Positions 21,294 through 35,394 of a stretch of DNA of 64,000 nucleotides are shown one piece after another. The notes under the pieces were generated by a model. That model saw only the letters and a list, made by a program, of their open reading frames with translations, did not search any database and was not told the origin of the DNA. The DNA is taken from positions 27,083 through 91,082 of the forward strand of contig JADJVE010000019.1 in assembly GCA_016716715.1 (NCBI GenBank), in the 5' to 3' direction. Made by a program: the position numbers and the translations under genes. The stretch's first letter is position 1. Every line of letters begins with the position of its first letter. The DNA comes from Acidobacteriota bacterium (GTDB taxonomy: Bacteria > Acidobacteriota > Thermoanaerobaculia > UBA5066).

Positions 21294-21685
21294 TTCTTCA
21301 CCTCCGGCGCGGGCGGCGGCGCCGTGCGGGGCGGGAAGCCCTTCGCGGCGACGATCTCGAGCGCGCGGTCGGCGGGAACGCGGGCGTGCGTGCGGGCCGG
21401 GTCGGCCCAGGCCCAGCTCGAGAGAACGGCGTCCTCCCGGGCGCGGAGGATCTTCAGGTCCTTCTCCGGGTCGTCCTGCAGGAGCACTCCGGCCGGCAGG
21501 CTCCTGACGCGCGCCTCGGCGAGGACGGGAGGCGGCGGGTCCTGGGCGACGAGGCGCTTCTTCTGCCAGATGGCCACGCCCCACATGAGCACGAAGGCCG
21601 CGGCCGTCACGGCGAGCAGCACGATGGCGGACAGGGCGACGGCCTTGAAGTTCAGCTCGGAGTCGACGCCGCGGTTCTCAGCCAT
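21290..21685 (-). CDS. hypothetical membrane protein of the ACIII-cox cluster
   Basis: Start MAENRGVDSELNFKAVALSAIVLLAV. One TM helix. Overlaps its neighbours at both ends. Confidence 0.45.
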   Translation of the reverse strand: MAENRGVDSELNFKAVALSAIVLLAVTAAAFVLMWGVAIWQKKRLVAQDPPPPVLAEARVRSLPAGVLLQDDPEKDLKILRAREDAVLSSWAWADPARTHARVPADRALEIVAAKGFPPRTAPPPAPEVKK

Positions 21686-22892
21686 GGGCGTGGACCTCCA
21701 TCGCGGCCGGCAGGGCCGGGTCGTTGACGGGGAGGAGCGGGCGCTTTGCAAGCTCGCGCGCGAAAGCCGCGAGCCAGAGACCGAAGAGGGCGGCGGGCAG
21801 CGCGGCGTCCAGCCAGTGGATCGAAAGGCCCTGAGGGTGCCAGGCGGGCGCGACGAGCCAGAACAGGTCGACGCCGCGCATGAAGAGGAGGAGACCGGCG
21901 ATCACGGAGAGCCGGCCGAGGTGCTTCTTGAAGTTCGCCGAGAGGAGGAACACGAACGGCACGACGAACTGGAAGAGCGCGAGCGCGAGCGAGACGGCCA
22001 TCCAGCCGCCCGTCACGCGGGCCTTGTAGAACGTGATCTCCTCGGGGAGGTCGCCCGACCAGATGATGATGAGCTGGGAGACGGAGAAGTACGCCCAGAG
22101 CATCGTGAACGCGAAGAGCAGCTTGCCCCAGTCGTGCACGTGCCGCTGCTGGACGGCGGCGCGGAACGGCTCGCGCCTGGCGAGGAAGAGCGCGACGAGG
22201 AGCGTGAAGGCCATCCCCGAGATCGCCTGTCCGCCGACGACGTAGATCCCGTAGATCGCCGAGAACCAGTGCGGGTCGGTCGACATGAGGAGGTCGATCG
22301 ACGCGACCGAGATCAGGAGGCAGTAGATCGCGAGCGCGGGCGCCGCGACGAGCTGCATCCGGCGCTCGAGGCCGGCGGCGGGAGCGTCGTCCTGCTTCTT
22401 CGAGAGGCGGGAGAGGGCGAACGCGAAGGCCGTCCAGACGGCGAAGCAGAGCGCGAGCCTGAGGATCACCCCCGTGGGGTTCATGTACGCGGCGCGGTGG
22501 TGGAGGATCTCGTCCGTCGCGACGCGCGCCGGGTCGGCCCACGGGTAGACGTGGCGCAGGCCGAAGAGGAGCGGCACCGCGAAGAGGGCGACGAGCGGCA
22601 GCGTGCGCGACGAGGCCTCGAGGATGCGGCGGATGACGAGACCCCAGGCGCCGCCCGTCATGTGGTGGAGAGCCTCGATGGCGAGAGAGCCGAGCGTCAC
22701 GCCGAGGACGAAGCAGAAGGCGACGAGGTACGAACGGTAGAACTGTACCGGGTTCGCGACGAAGCCGGCGGCGGAGGCGACGGCGAAGACGGCACCGACG
22801 ACGAGGGCGATCCGGCCGACGCGCGCGAGATCGGCGGCGGGCGGCGCCCAGTCGGCCGCGCGAAGAGCCTTTTGCGGGTGAGCTTCAGTCAT
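21678..22892 (-). CDS. actF: alternative complex III subunit ActF (NrfD-like membrane subunit)
   Basis: 404-aa polytopic protein that follows actE in the canonical actABCDEF order. Confidence 0.7.
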   Translation of the reverse strand: MTEAHPQKALRAADWAPPAADLARVGRIALVVGAVFAVASAAGFVANPVQFYRSYLVAFCFVLGVTLGSLAIEALHHMTGGAWGLVIRRILEASSRTLPLVALFAVPLLFGLRHVYPWADPARVATDEILHHRAAYMNPTGVILRLALCFAVWTAFAFALSRLSKKQDDAPAAGLERRMQLVAAPALAIYCLLISVASIDLLMSTDPHWFSAIYGIYVVGGQAISGMAFTLLVALFLARREPFRAAVQQRHVHDWGKLLFAFTMLWAYFSVSQLIIIWSGDLPEEITFYKARVTGGWMAVSLALALFQFVVPFVFLLSANFKKHLGRLSVIAGLLLFMRGVDLFWLVAPAWHPQGLSIHWLDAALPAALFGLWLAAFARELAKRPLLPVNDPALPAAMEVHAHG

Positions 22893-23557
22893 CGGGTTTC
22901 GCTGCTTTCGGAGGAAGATTTCTTTGAAGGTGAATGGGGCGAAGGGGCCGTCGGAGCTTCGCCTGCCGCCTGATGCGCGGCCGCCTCCCCGCTCTTACCT
23001 TCTAAGAAATCTCCATCTTCTTTCGTCAGGAATTCCTTCGGCATGTTCTGTGAAGCCTGCAGTGTTTTCACCCAGGCCACCACCGCCCAGCGGTCTTCCG
23101 GCGTGATCTGGGACGCGTAGCTCGACATCTGGCCGAAGCCGTTCGTCATGACGTCGTAGAAGTAGCCCGCGCGCTCGTTGCGGAGGCGGTCGACGTGGAA
23201 CGTGCTCGGGTTCTTGAAGCCGCGCGCGACGATCATGCCCTGCCCGTCGCCCGTCCGGCCGTGGCACGGCGAGCAGAAGATGTTGAAGCGCTCCTGCCCG
23301 CGGAGGAGGAGCGTCTTCGTGACGGGGACGGGGAGGTCGAGGACGAACTTGCCGTCCTCGCCGACGCCGCGGTAGAGCGCCGCGTCGGCGCGCAAGAACC
23401 CGCGTGCGACGACGCCTTCCGGGAGCGGCCGGGCCGAGCTGTGGTCCGCGAAGAACGGAGACTCGCGCAGCGGCTTCGTCTTTGCCTGGTTGTGCATGTC
23501 GTCGCGGCAGCCGCCGAGCGCGAGAGCGAGAAGAGGGAGAAGGAGCGCGCGGCGCAT
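22889..23557 (-). CDS. actE: alternative complex III subunit ActE (monoheme cytochrome c lipoprotein)
   Basis: Start MRRALLLPLLALALGGC (lipobox) and a single CSPCHG heme motif. The C-terminal tail carries two in-frame AT-rich repeat copies (FLTKEDGDFLEGKSGE...SPSKKSSSESSETR). Confidence 0.75.
   Translation of the reverse strand: MRRALLLPLLALALGGCRDDMHNQAKTKPLRESPFFADHSSARPLPEGVVARGFLRADAALYRGVGEDGKFVLDLPVPVTKTLLLRGQERFNIFCSPCHGRTGDGQGMIVARGFKNPSTFHVDRLRNERAGYFYDVMTNGFGQMSSYASQITPEDRWAVVAWVKTLQASQNMPKEFLTKEDGDFLEGKSGEAAAHQAAGEAPTAPSPHSPSKKSSSESSETR
22983..23030 (+). repeat. AT-rich mini-repeat copy in the actE tail
   Basis: CTCTTACCTTCTAAGAAATCTCCATCTTCTTTCGTCAGGAATTCCTTC. A second copy in reverse orientation lies at 22906-22938. 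Confidence 0.5.
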
Positions 23558-24167
23558 CAGTCCTCCACGTCCTGCACGTGGACGCCGCCGAGCGTCTCCA
23601 TGAACCGGAACGTGTCGCCCGCGCGGAACTTCGGGTCGCGCGCGAGGATCATGAGGAAGTACTTGTCGCGCGACGCGAGCTGGAAGCGGTCCACGCCGAA
23701 GACCGGGTGGTAGGGCATCGGGAGGCCGTTCAGGACGAGCATCCCGAGGACCGCCGAGATCCCCGCGACGAGGATCGTGCACTCGAACGTGATCGGGATG
23801 AACGCGATCCAGCTGTTCGGCGGCCGGCCGCCGATGTTGAGCGGGTACGCGATTCCCGCCGCCCAGTACTGAAGGAAGAAGCCGCCGAGGCCGCCGACGA
23901 TGCCGCCGATCAGGACGAGGAGCGGCACGCGGGACGGGCCGTGGCCGATCGCGTCGTTCAGCTCCTCGATCGGGTAAGGCGTGTAGGCCTCCATCACGAC
24001 GTAGCCCTCCGCGCGCGCGCGGTGCACGGCCTGGACGAGGGCGGGCGAGCCCGCGAACTCGGCGATGACGCCGTAGAGGTGGGGCGGCAGCTCCCCGCCT
24101 CCCTCGCGCGGTCCGGGCTTGCCGACGCCGGGGGCGACGTGGCGCGGGAAGAAGCGGCGGAAGAGGC

Positions 24168-24172
<5 letters not shown>
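23557..24172 (-). CDS. actD: alternative complex III subunit ActD (DUF3341-like membrane protein)
   Basis: GTG start overlaps the actC stop (GTGA). AEFAGSPALVQAVHRAR...YPIEELNDAIG... matches the ActD family. Confidence 0.7.
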
Positions 24173-28482
<4,310 letters not shown>

Positions 28483-28486
<4 letters not shown>

Positions 28487-29139
28487 CGGTGGCACGTGCT
28501 GCAGTTCGTGAGCGCGTAGGCGGAGCGGATGCCGTACTCCTTCTTGAGGGCGGCCCCGAGGGCGGCCTGGTCGTTGGCCTTCCACGTGAGGTCGAAAATC
28601 TTGTCCTTCGGGCGGAGGTTCTTCTCCGGGTTGCGGTGGCATTCGAGACACCACTCCATCTGGAGCGAGGGATGCTGGTACGTCAGGCGCATCTTGTCCA
28701 CGCGGCCGTGGCACGAGACGCAGCCGATGCCCTTGTTCACGTGGATCGAGTGGTCGAAGTAGACGAAGTCCGGGAGGTCGTAGACCTTCGCCCAGTTCAG
28801 CGGCCGGCCCGTCCGGTAGCTCTCGCGCACCGACGCGAGCATCGGGCTGTCGTTCCAGACGAGCTTGTGGCAGTTCATGCACGTCGCGGTCGGCGGGATG
28901 CCGGCCGAAGCGCTCTTCTCGACGGACGTGTGGCAGTAGCGGCAGTCGATCCCGAGGCCGGCCACGTGGTGCTCGTGGCCGAAGGGGATCGGCTGCTTGA
29001 TCGTCACGCCCTGGTTCGTGTTGTAGGCGGAACGGTTCAGGACCGACGCGGCCCAGGCGACGCCGGCAAGGACGAACACCGCTCCCCAGATGGAGAGCCG
29101 CGCGATTGCATTCGTGGATCGATTGAAGATCTGCGGCAT
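28483..29139 (-). CDS. actA: alternative complex III subunit ActA (pentaheme cytochrome c)
   Basis: Start MPQIFNRST with an N-terminal TM helix. Five CxxCH motifs (CRYCH, CMNCH, CVSCH, CLECH, CSTCH). Confidence 0.85.
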
Positions 29140-29252
29140 GACTCTGTGTTTCTTTTTGCCGGGCCCCGCCGGCCGGGAAGGCCGGGAATTTACCAGATCG
29201 CGCCTGAGAGTGAGTTGCCGTACCCCGTCGACGGGCGCGCCTAGAATCAATC

Positions 29253-30965
29253 GTGCCGTCGTCTCCGACACGCGCGCGTCTCGCGGCCCCGTTCGCCGTT
29301 TTCGCGCTCGTCTTCGCATTGCGCGGGGCCGCGCTCGCCTCGCTCCTCGCGACGCCGCTCTCCTCGTGGCACCTCTGGACGGAGACGGACGAACACGCCT
29401 ACGTCGAATGGTCGGCGCGCCTCGCGGCCGGGAACTGGGCCGACGTGCCGGCCTACCGCGCGTACTTCAACTGGCAGAGGGAGTACGGTCCGCCGGAAAC
29501 CTGGGAGCGCTGGTACCAGAAGAACGCCTACTACGCCGGGCCGCTCTACCCCTACGGCCTCGCGGTGCTCCGAAAGCTCTTCGGATCGCCGTTTTTGCCC
29601 GCGCGGCTGCTTCAGCTGCTGCTCGCGTGTCTCGCTTCGGCTGCCCTTGCTGCGGCGGTCCAGAGACTCGGAGAAGATTTTCTCAGAAGGGGTAAGAGGG
29701 GAGAAGAGCCGGGTGACGGCGGCCCTTCGCGTGCGGCCGGTTGGTGCGCGGTGGGGGCGGGGGTCCTCTACGGCGCCTACGGACCCCTCGTCTTCCACGA
29801 CTTCTTCCTCTACCGCGACGGCCCCGTCGCGCACCTGTCCACGCTGCTCGTCGCGCTGCCGATGTTCCTCGGCGGCGGCGCCGCGTTCGGACTGGGTCTC
29901 CTCGGCGGCGCGGCCGTCCTCATGAAACAAACGGTCCTGCCCCTCGCCCTCTTCTCTCTTTATTGTCTTTCTTCCCATTCACCTTCTAAGAACTCTTCCG
30001 GCGGCGCGCAGCGCCGCCGCAGAGTCTTTCTCTTCGGTCTCCTCGGTCTCTCTCTCCCCCTCGGCGTCCTCGCGGTGCGAAACATTTCCGCCGGCGTGCC
30101 GCCGCTGACCTTCGACACGCGGCAGGCGATCGGCATCGTGTGGGGAAACGGATTCGGAGCCGACGCGACGACGAACCCCCCGCCCGGCATGAAGGAGATC
30201 CTCGAGGAGGCCGGCGGCTCCACGTCGAAGACCGCGAGGCTCGTCCTCTCGGGCTACAGAGAGCAGCCGCTCGAGCTGCCGAAGCTGTTCCTGAAGAAGT
30301 TCGCGACGTTCTTCAACCGGTTTGAGGTGCCCGACAACGCGAACTGGTACTTCTTCCGGGAGCGCCTGAAGATTCTGAGAGTGCTCCCGGTCTTTCCATG
30401 CCTGCTCGGCATCGGGGGAGTCGGGATTTGCGCGGCGCTGACGCGCCGCGTTCTTCGAAAGGATGAATTCGCCCTCGCGCTCGTCGGGGTCCTTGCGCCT
30501 CTCGCGGCGTGCCTCCTCGTCCAGACGACGTCCCGCTACCGGGTGGGTGCGATCGGGCCGCTGGCCCTCGGCGCCGGCCTCTTTCTTCTCTTCACACTCG
30601 AAGAAATTCGTGCTCGCCGCTGGCGCGCCGTGAGCCTCCTGGCTGGAGCGGCGGCCGTGCTGTCTCTCGTCGCTCTCCTGCCCTCCACGATCTACGACGC
30701 CCGCCACCGTTTTTCCGACACGCTCGTGTACGCGACGCTCGCCGAGGCCGAGCTCGGCCCCGAGGCCGCGGCCGAGGAGATCCGGCGGTACGTGGAGGAG
30801 GGCGGCGACGACCGTGCGTACGACACCGCGGTCCGGGCGTTCCGGTACTGGGTCCGGACGGGAGAGCGCGCGCACGCGCTCGTCGAGCCCTCGGGAATGG
30901 CGCCGCCCGAGCGCCGCCTGAGGGAATTCCCGAAGACGAGCCGGGACGCGCTCTTCGCCCGCTAG
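29253..30965 (+). CDS. polytopic membrane protein, possibly a glycosyltransferase-39/ArnT-like hypothetical
   Basis: GTG start. At least 10 predicted TM segments. Carries three AT-rich repeat copies (29671-29710, 29948-30000, 30582-30612). Confidence 0.45.
   Translation: MPSSPTRARLAAPFAVFALVFALRGAALASLLATPLSSWHLWTETDEHAYVEWSARLAAGNWADVPAYRAYFNWQREYGPPETWERWYQKNAYYAGPLYPYGLAVLRKLFGSPFLPARLLQLLLACLASAALAAAVQRLGEDFLRRGKRGEEPGDGGPSRAAGWCAVGAGVLYGAYGPLVFHDFFLYRDGPVAHLSTLLVALPMFLGGGAAFGLGLLGGAAVLMKQTVLPLALFSLYCLSSHSPSKNSSGGAQRRRRVFLFGLLGLSLPLGVLAVRNISAGVPPLTFDTRQAIGIVWGNGFGADATTNPPPGMKEILEEAGGSTSKTARLVLSGYREQPLELPKLFLKKFATFFNRFEVPDNANWYFFRERLKILRVLPVFPCLLGIGGVGICAALTRRVLRKDEFALALVGVLAPLAACLLVQTTSRYRVGAIGPLALGAGLFLLFTLEEIRARRWRAVSLLAGAAAVLSLVALLPSTIYDARHRFSDTLVYATLAEAELGPEAAAEEIRRYVEEGGDDRAYDTAVRAFRYWVRTGERAHALVEPSGMAPPERRLREFPKTSRDALFAR
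29948..30000 (+). repeat. AT-rich mini-repeat copy inside the membrane protein gene
   Basis: CCTCTTCTCTCTTTATTGTCTTTCTTCCCATTCACCTTCTAAGAACTCTTCCG. Confidence 0.45.
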
Positions 30966-31381
30966 GTTGCGCCCAGCGGGCGCGCGGCTTTCGGCGGGGG
31001 CGGCGCCGCACGCTTCTCGTCGCGCAGGTGGTGGTAGGCGAGGATCGGGTGCCGCAGCAGCATGCGCGGCCCCGCGAAGCGCATCACCTCCTGCATGAGG
31101 TCGCGCTTGGCGCGCGTGTAGCAGTGGATCGGGCACTTCTTGCACGTGGGCTTCTCTTCGCCGTACGGGCACTTCAGCAGGCGGTAGCTCGCGTAGTCGA
31201 GCAGGGAATCGCACCCCGCGCAGAGCCCGCCGTAGCGCACGCGGACGTGCAGCGGATGCGCCTCGCACCAGATGTGGAGCATGGCCTCGATCGTCCGCTG
31301 CTCGCGGCGGAGGCGGGGCGTCGTGAGGAGGACGCTCTGGAATTCGCCGGGGACTTCGCTCACGGGGAGATCCTGTCTCAC
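30962..31381 (-). CDS. nitrous-oxide-stimulated promoter family protein (YgbA-like)
   Basis: REQRTIEAMLHIWCEAHP...LCAGCDSLLDYASYRLLKCPYGEEKPTCKKCPIHCY matches the YgbA family Cys pattern. Confidence 0.65.
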   Translation of the reverse strand: MRQDLPVSEVPGEFQSVLLTTPRLRREQRTIEAMLHIWCEAHPLHVRVRYGGLCAGCDSLLDYASYRLLKCPYGEEKPTCKKCPIHCYTRAKRDLMQEVMRFAGPRMLLRHPILAYHHLRDEKRAAPPPPKAARPLGAT

Positions 31382-31454
31382 CTCGCCAATCTGCGTCTTT
31401 CATGCACCTGCATCAAGAGCCCTGCATGACGCGCGTCATACGGAAGGGGTGAAA

Positions 31455-32786
31455 TCAGGTCCGGAAGAGCCCCGTGTCGAGGTGCTGCATCAGGATGTCC
31501 GGCCCTTCGAGCCCGACGCTCATCCGGATCAGGCCCGGCGTGATGCCGCGGGCGAGGCGGTCCGCCTCGGGGACGACCGCGTGCGTCATCGTCGCGGGCT
31601 GCTCCACGTAGGTGATCGCGCCGCCGAGGCTCACGGCCAGCTCCATCGGGACGTCCTTGCGGGCGAGGTAGTTCATCAGCTTTTCGCCGGCCGCCGCGCC
31701 GCCCTTCACCTCGAACGAGATGAGCGAGCCGCCGTCGCGCATCTGCTTCTCGACGATGTCCTTCTGCGGGAAGTCGTGGAAACCGGGGTACGTCACGTGC
31801 GCGACCTTCGGGTGCGTGCGCAGGAACGCGGCGATCGTGGCGGCGCCGTCGCTCTGTGCCTTCTGGCGGACGGCGAGGGACTGCACCGTCATCGAGTTCA
31901 GCCACGAGTCGAAGGGGGAGGGAGTCGCGCCGAGGTCCTTGTACCAGGGGAAGAGGTCGGTTTTCAGGTACCGGAACGGCCCGAGGAGGGCGCCGCCGAT
32001 GGACGCCGAGTGGCCGTTGATGAACTTCGTCAGCGAGTGGACGACGAAATCCGCGCCCAGCCGGAACGGCTGCTGGAGCCACGGCGAGCAGAACGTGTTG
32101 TCGACGACGAGGGGGATGCCGCGCGCCTCGGTGAGGCGCGAGATGGCCTCGATGTCGCAGATCCGGAGCGTCGGGTTCTCGGGCGACTCGAGGAACACGG
32201 CCGCGATGTTCGGGTGCATCTCGAGCGTCTTTGCGACCTCGGCCACGCTGCCCGTGTCGCAGAAGACGGCCTCGACGCCGTACTTCGACATGTTGCGCAG
32301 CAGGCTGTCCGTGCAGCCGTAGATGTTGCCGGCGAGGATCGCGTCGCCGGCCTTGAGGAGCGAGAGGACGAGCGTCGAGATGGCCCCCATTCCCGACCCG
32401 AAGATGAGGCAGCCGATCGTCGGCTCCGTCTCGTCGGCCGCGAGCGCCTTTTCGATGACGTGCTGCGCCTCGAGACGGAAGAGCACGCGCTCGAGGTACT
32501 CGGACGTGGGGTTGCCGAGGCGCGTGTAGATGCGCGCGTACGGCCGCTCGCCGCCCTTGGACATTCCGAGGAAGCGGTCGGCACCGTCCTTGACGTCGCG
32601 GAAGGCGAACGTCGAGCGCTGGTGGATGGCCGGCAGGCCCGTGCCCGCCGCGAGCGCGCGGAACAGGCCCTCGTCCATCTGGTGCACGTCGTCGCGCACC
32701 CAGCGGGTCTTGCGGTCGATCCACCAGTCCCAGAAGGAATAGCGCGCGGCGCCGTGCAGGACGGGGGAAGCGGTGGGGGTGCTCAT
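31455..32786 (-). CDS. PLP-dependent methionine gamma-lyase / Cys-Met metabolism family enzyme
   Basis: Cys/Met-metabolism PLP fold: GSGMGAIS..., LVVDNTFCSP, and HSLTKFINGHSASIGG with the PLP lysine. Confidence 0.8.
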   Translation of the reverse strand: MSTPTASPVLHGAARYSFWDWWIDRKTRWVRDDVHQMDEGLFRALAAGTGLPAIHQRSTFAFRDVKDGADRFLGMSKGGERPYARIYTRLGNPTSEYLERVLFRLEAQHVIEKALAADETEPTIGCLIFGSGMGAISTLVLSLLKAGDAILAGNIYGCTDSLLRNMSKYGVEAVFCDTGSVAEVAKTLEMHPNIAAVFLESPENPTLRICDIEAISRLTEARGIPLVVDNTFCSPWLQQPFRLGADFVVHSLTKFINGHSASIGGALLGPFRYLKTDLFPWYKDLGATPSPFDSWLNSMTVQSLAVRQKAQSDGAATIAAFLRTHPKVAHVTYPGFHDFPQKDIVEKQMRDGGSLISFEVKGGAAAGEKLMNYLARKDVPMELAVSLGGAITYVEQPATMTHAVVPEADRLARGITPGLIRMSVGLEGPDILMQHLDTGLFRT

Positions 32787-32856
32787 ACCCCCGAATTTAG
32801 ACCTCGCGGCGCGCCGGGGCTAGAATGGTCCACGTTCGAAGGCCCAAGGAGTGCCC

Positions 32857-33180
32857 GTGGCCGAGCCCAATCCTCGGACAGAGCAGCGTCGGAGCCCCCG
32901 CAGCGACGTGCGGATTCCGGTCGCTCTGCGCCATGAAGGGGAAAGGTTCAAAGGCACGACACTCGTCGTGAACACCCACGGCGCGCTCGTGGGCTCCCAC
33001 CGCAACGTCCCGATGGGCGACATGTTCGAGCTGGAGAACGTGCGGACCCGCGTCTTCTGCCATTGCCGCGTCGTGTTCCACGGCGGGCTCGCCGCCGACG
33101 GCTTCTTCCGCCTCGGCGTCGAGATGCTCGAGGCGCATCCCGCGGTGTGGGGCGCCGACTACTCTCCGGCCGCGTCCTGA
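32857..33180 (+). CDS. PilZ domain protein
   Basis: RRSPRSDVRIP...NTHGALVG resembles the RxxxR...D/NxSxxG c-di-GMP-binding motifs. AAGGAG sits 6 nt upstream of the second GTG. Confidence 0.5.
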   Translation: MAEPNPRTEQRRSPRSDVRIPVALRHEGERFKGTTLVVNTHGALVGSHRNVPMGDMFELENVRTRVFCHCRVVFHGGLAADGFFRLGVEMLEAHPAVWGADYSPAAS

Positions 33181-34271
33181 CCGGTCAGCTTCGCGGCGGC
33201 GGCGCGCGTCTCGGAGTCCTCTTCCCTCTTCCCCTCTTCGCGCAGCGACTTCAGGCTGAGCCCTCCCGCGAGGAGGAAGGCGAGGCCGAGGAGCGTGATC
33301 GGGACGAACGAGAGGGCGTGTGAGACGAGGGCGAACGCGCCGGCCGTGTCCTTGCCGACGCCGTAGAAGCCCGTCAGCGCATAGGCGACCGCCGTGTGGT
33401 AGCCGCCCACGCCGCCCGGCGTCGGGATCGCGAGGCCGAGGATCGCCCACGCGATGACGAAGAACGAGACCGGGTAGGGGAGCGCGAGGTCGAAGGCGAG
33501 AAGCGTCATCCAGACCTGGGTGGCGATGAGACCCCAGAGCGCGAGGGACGCGGCCGCGACGACGGCGACGTCCTTCGCGGTGCCGAGGGCGCCGAGTCCG
33601 TCGAGGAACGACAGCAGGATCGCCTCGATGCGCGCGCCGATCTTTTCGGGCAGCGGGCGGAGGAACGGCTTGACGAAGCGGTCCGTGCGCTCGGGCTTCG
33701 CGGCGAGCAGGCCCAGGACGGCGAGGCCGGCGAGCGTGCCCACGCCGAAGAGGAGCGCAAATTGGCGCAGCGTCGCGAACCGGCCTGCCGCCTCGCCGCC
33801 CATGTTCTGCGGCGCCCAGCCGACCGCGTAGACGACGAAGAGGAACACGCACGTCACGAGGTCGATGAGCCGCTCGAGTGCGATCGACGCGAGGCAGGGC
33901 GCGACGGGAAGCCCGGCGCGGCGCGCGAGGGCGACCGGGCGGACGATCTCGCCGGCGCGGGCGGGGAGCAGCGTCGACGCGGCGAAGCCGATCGACGTCG
34001 CCGAGTTGAGGTCGTACGCCGAGGGGCGCCCGGCCTTCCTGAGGAGCAGCCCCCAGCGCCACGAACGGAAGAGGGGCGTCGCGAAGAGGCCGCACGCCGT
34101 CGCGGCGGCGAGCCAGCCCACGTGCGCGCCCCGGATCGCCTTCCCCACGGCGGCGAAGTCGAGCGTCCGGAGAAAGAGCACGAGGAGGACGGCGGCGAGG
34201 CCGAGCGACACCGCCACCCGCACCGCCTTGCCGCCCTTTTCGGAGGAGCTCACCGCCGGATCGTAGCCCAC
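33159..34271 (-). CDS. flippase-like / lysylphosphatidylglycerol-synthase-TM-region (UPF0104) family membrane protein
   Basis: 370 aa, about 8 TM segments, PTPGGVGGYHTAVAYAL motif. Confidence 0.6.
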   Translation of the reverse strand: MGYDPAVSSSEKGGKAVRVAVSLGLAAVLLVLFLRTLDFAAVGKAIRGAHVGWLAAATACGLFATPLFRSWRWGLLLRKAGRPSAYDLNSATSIGFAASTLLPARAGEIVRPVALARRAGLPVAPCLASIALERLIDLVTCVFLFVVYAVGWAPQNMGGEAAGRFATLRQFALLFGVGTLAGLAVLGLLAAKPERTDRFVKPFLRPLPEKIGARIEAILLSFLDGLGALGTAKDVAVVAAASLALWGLIATQVWMTLLAFDLALPYPVSFFVIAWAILGLAIPTPGGVGGYHTAVAYALTGFYGVGKDTAGAFALVSHALSFVPITLLGLAFLLAGGLSLKSLREEGKREEDSETRAAAAKLTGQDAAGE

Positions 34272-34291
34272 ACCTGCGGTACGCTTGCGGC

Positions 34292-35263
34292 GTGCGCGAC
34301 GTGCCGGTCTTCACCGATCCCGTCTTTCTCGAGCACGACACCGGCCCGTACCACCCCGAGAACGCGCGCCGGCTCGAGGCCACGATTCACGCGCTGCGCC
34401 AGGAGGGCCGCCGGTTCGAGTCCCCGCCCGACCCCGAGCGCACGCTGAAGGCGCTCGAGCGCGTTCACGAGCCCGCCTACATCGCGCGCCTGAAGGCCGC
34501 GTGCGACGCGGCGCCGGCGGGCGGCACGGCGCCGTTTTCGCTGTTCGACTGCCCGGACAACCCGATCTCGGCCGCCACGTTCGGGGCCGCGTACCGCGCG
34601 GCGGGGCTCGTCCTCGCGGCCGTGGACGCGGTCCTGGAAAAGAGAGCGCCGGCCGTCTTCGTGGCCGCCCGGCCGCCCGGCCACCACGCGCTCGCCGCGC
34701 AGGCCATGGGCTTCTGTTTCTTCAACACGATCGCCGTCGCGGCGCGCGACCTCGTCGAGCACTCGGGCGCGACGCGCGTTCTCGTGGCCGACTTCGACGT
34801 CCACCACGGGAACGGGACGCAGCAGATTTTCTGGGAGGACGGGCGCGTCGCCTATCTCTCGGTCCACCGGTACCCGTTCTACCCGGGCACGGGCGCCGCG
34901 GACGAGCAGGGGGCGGGCAAGGGGCGGGGCGCGATCGTGAACGTGCCGCAGCGGGCCGGTGCGGGGGACGGAGCCTACGCGGGCGGCTTCTCGGCGGCCC
35001 TCGAGACGCTCGCGGAGAGGTTCAAGCCGGAGTTCGTCCTGATCTCGGCCGGCTTCGACGCCCACGCGGGGGACCCGCTCGGGGGGATGAGCGTCACGAC
35101 GGCGGGTTTTTCCTGGATGACGCGGTCCCTGGAGGAGGTCGCCGAGACCTGGGCCGGCGGGCGGATCGTGTCCGTTCTCGAGGGCGGGTACGACGAGCAG
35201 GCCCTGGGCGAGTCGGCGGTCGCGCACGTGCGCGTTCTCGACCGGACGGGCGGCCTGCCATAG
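34292..35263 (+). CDS. histone deacetylase family protein (AcuC/HDAC-like)
   Basis: PPGHHA, FCFFNT, DFDVHHGNGTQ, and SAGFDAHAGDPLGG motifs. GTG start. Confidence 0.8.
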   Translation: MRDVPVFTDPVFLEHDTGPYHPENARRLEATIHALRQEGRRFESPPDPERTLKALERVHEPAYIARLKAACDAAPAGGTAPFSLFDCPDNPISAATFGAAYRAAGLVLAAVDAVLEKRAPAVFVAARPPGHHALAAQAMGFCFFNTIAVAARDLVEHSGATRVLVADFDVHHGNGTQQIFWEDGRVAYLSVHRYPFYPGTGAADEQGAGKGRGAIVNVPQRAGAGDGAYAGGFSAALETLAERFKPEFVLISAGFDAHAGDPLGGMSVTTAGFSWMTRSLEEVAETWAGGRIVSVLEGGYDEQALGESAVAHVRVLDRTGGLP

Positions 35264-35287
35264 CGGGCCCACGCGTAAATGGCTCAT

Positions 35288-35316
35288 TTGACAGAGCCTT
35301 TCGTGCCCGTTAGACT
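35288..35316 (+). promoter_or_regulatory. sigma-70-like promoter (TTGACA, 17-nt spacer, TAGACT) for the Ig-like repeat gene
   Basis: Seen directly in the relatively AT-rich 130-nt intergenic region upstream of ATG 35395, which itself has GGAGG 6 nt upstream. Confidence 0.4.
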
Positions 35317-35394
35317 CAATACGCGTCAATCTCTCTTCATGATTTGGTGTCCGAGCGCGCCTTGGTATTTCTTCTCGACGCACGGAGGCTCGTG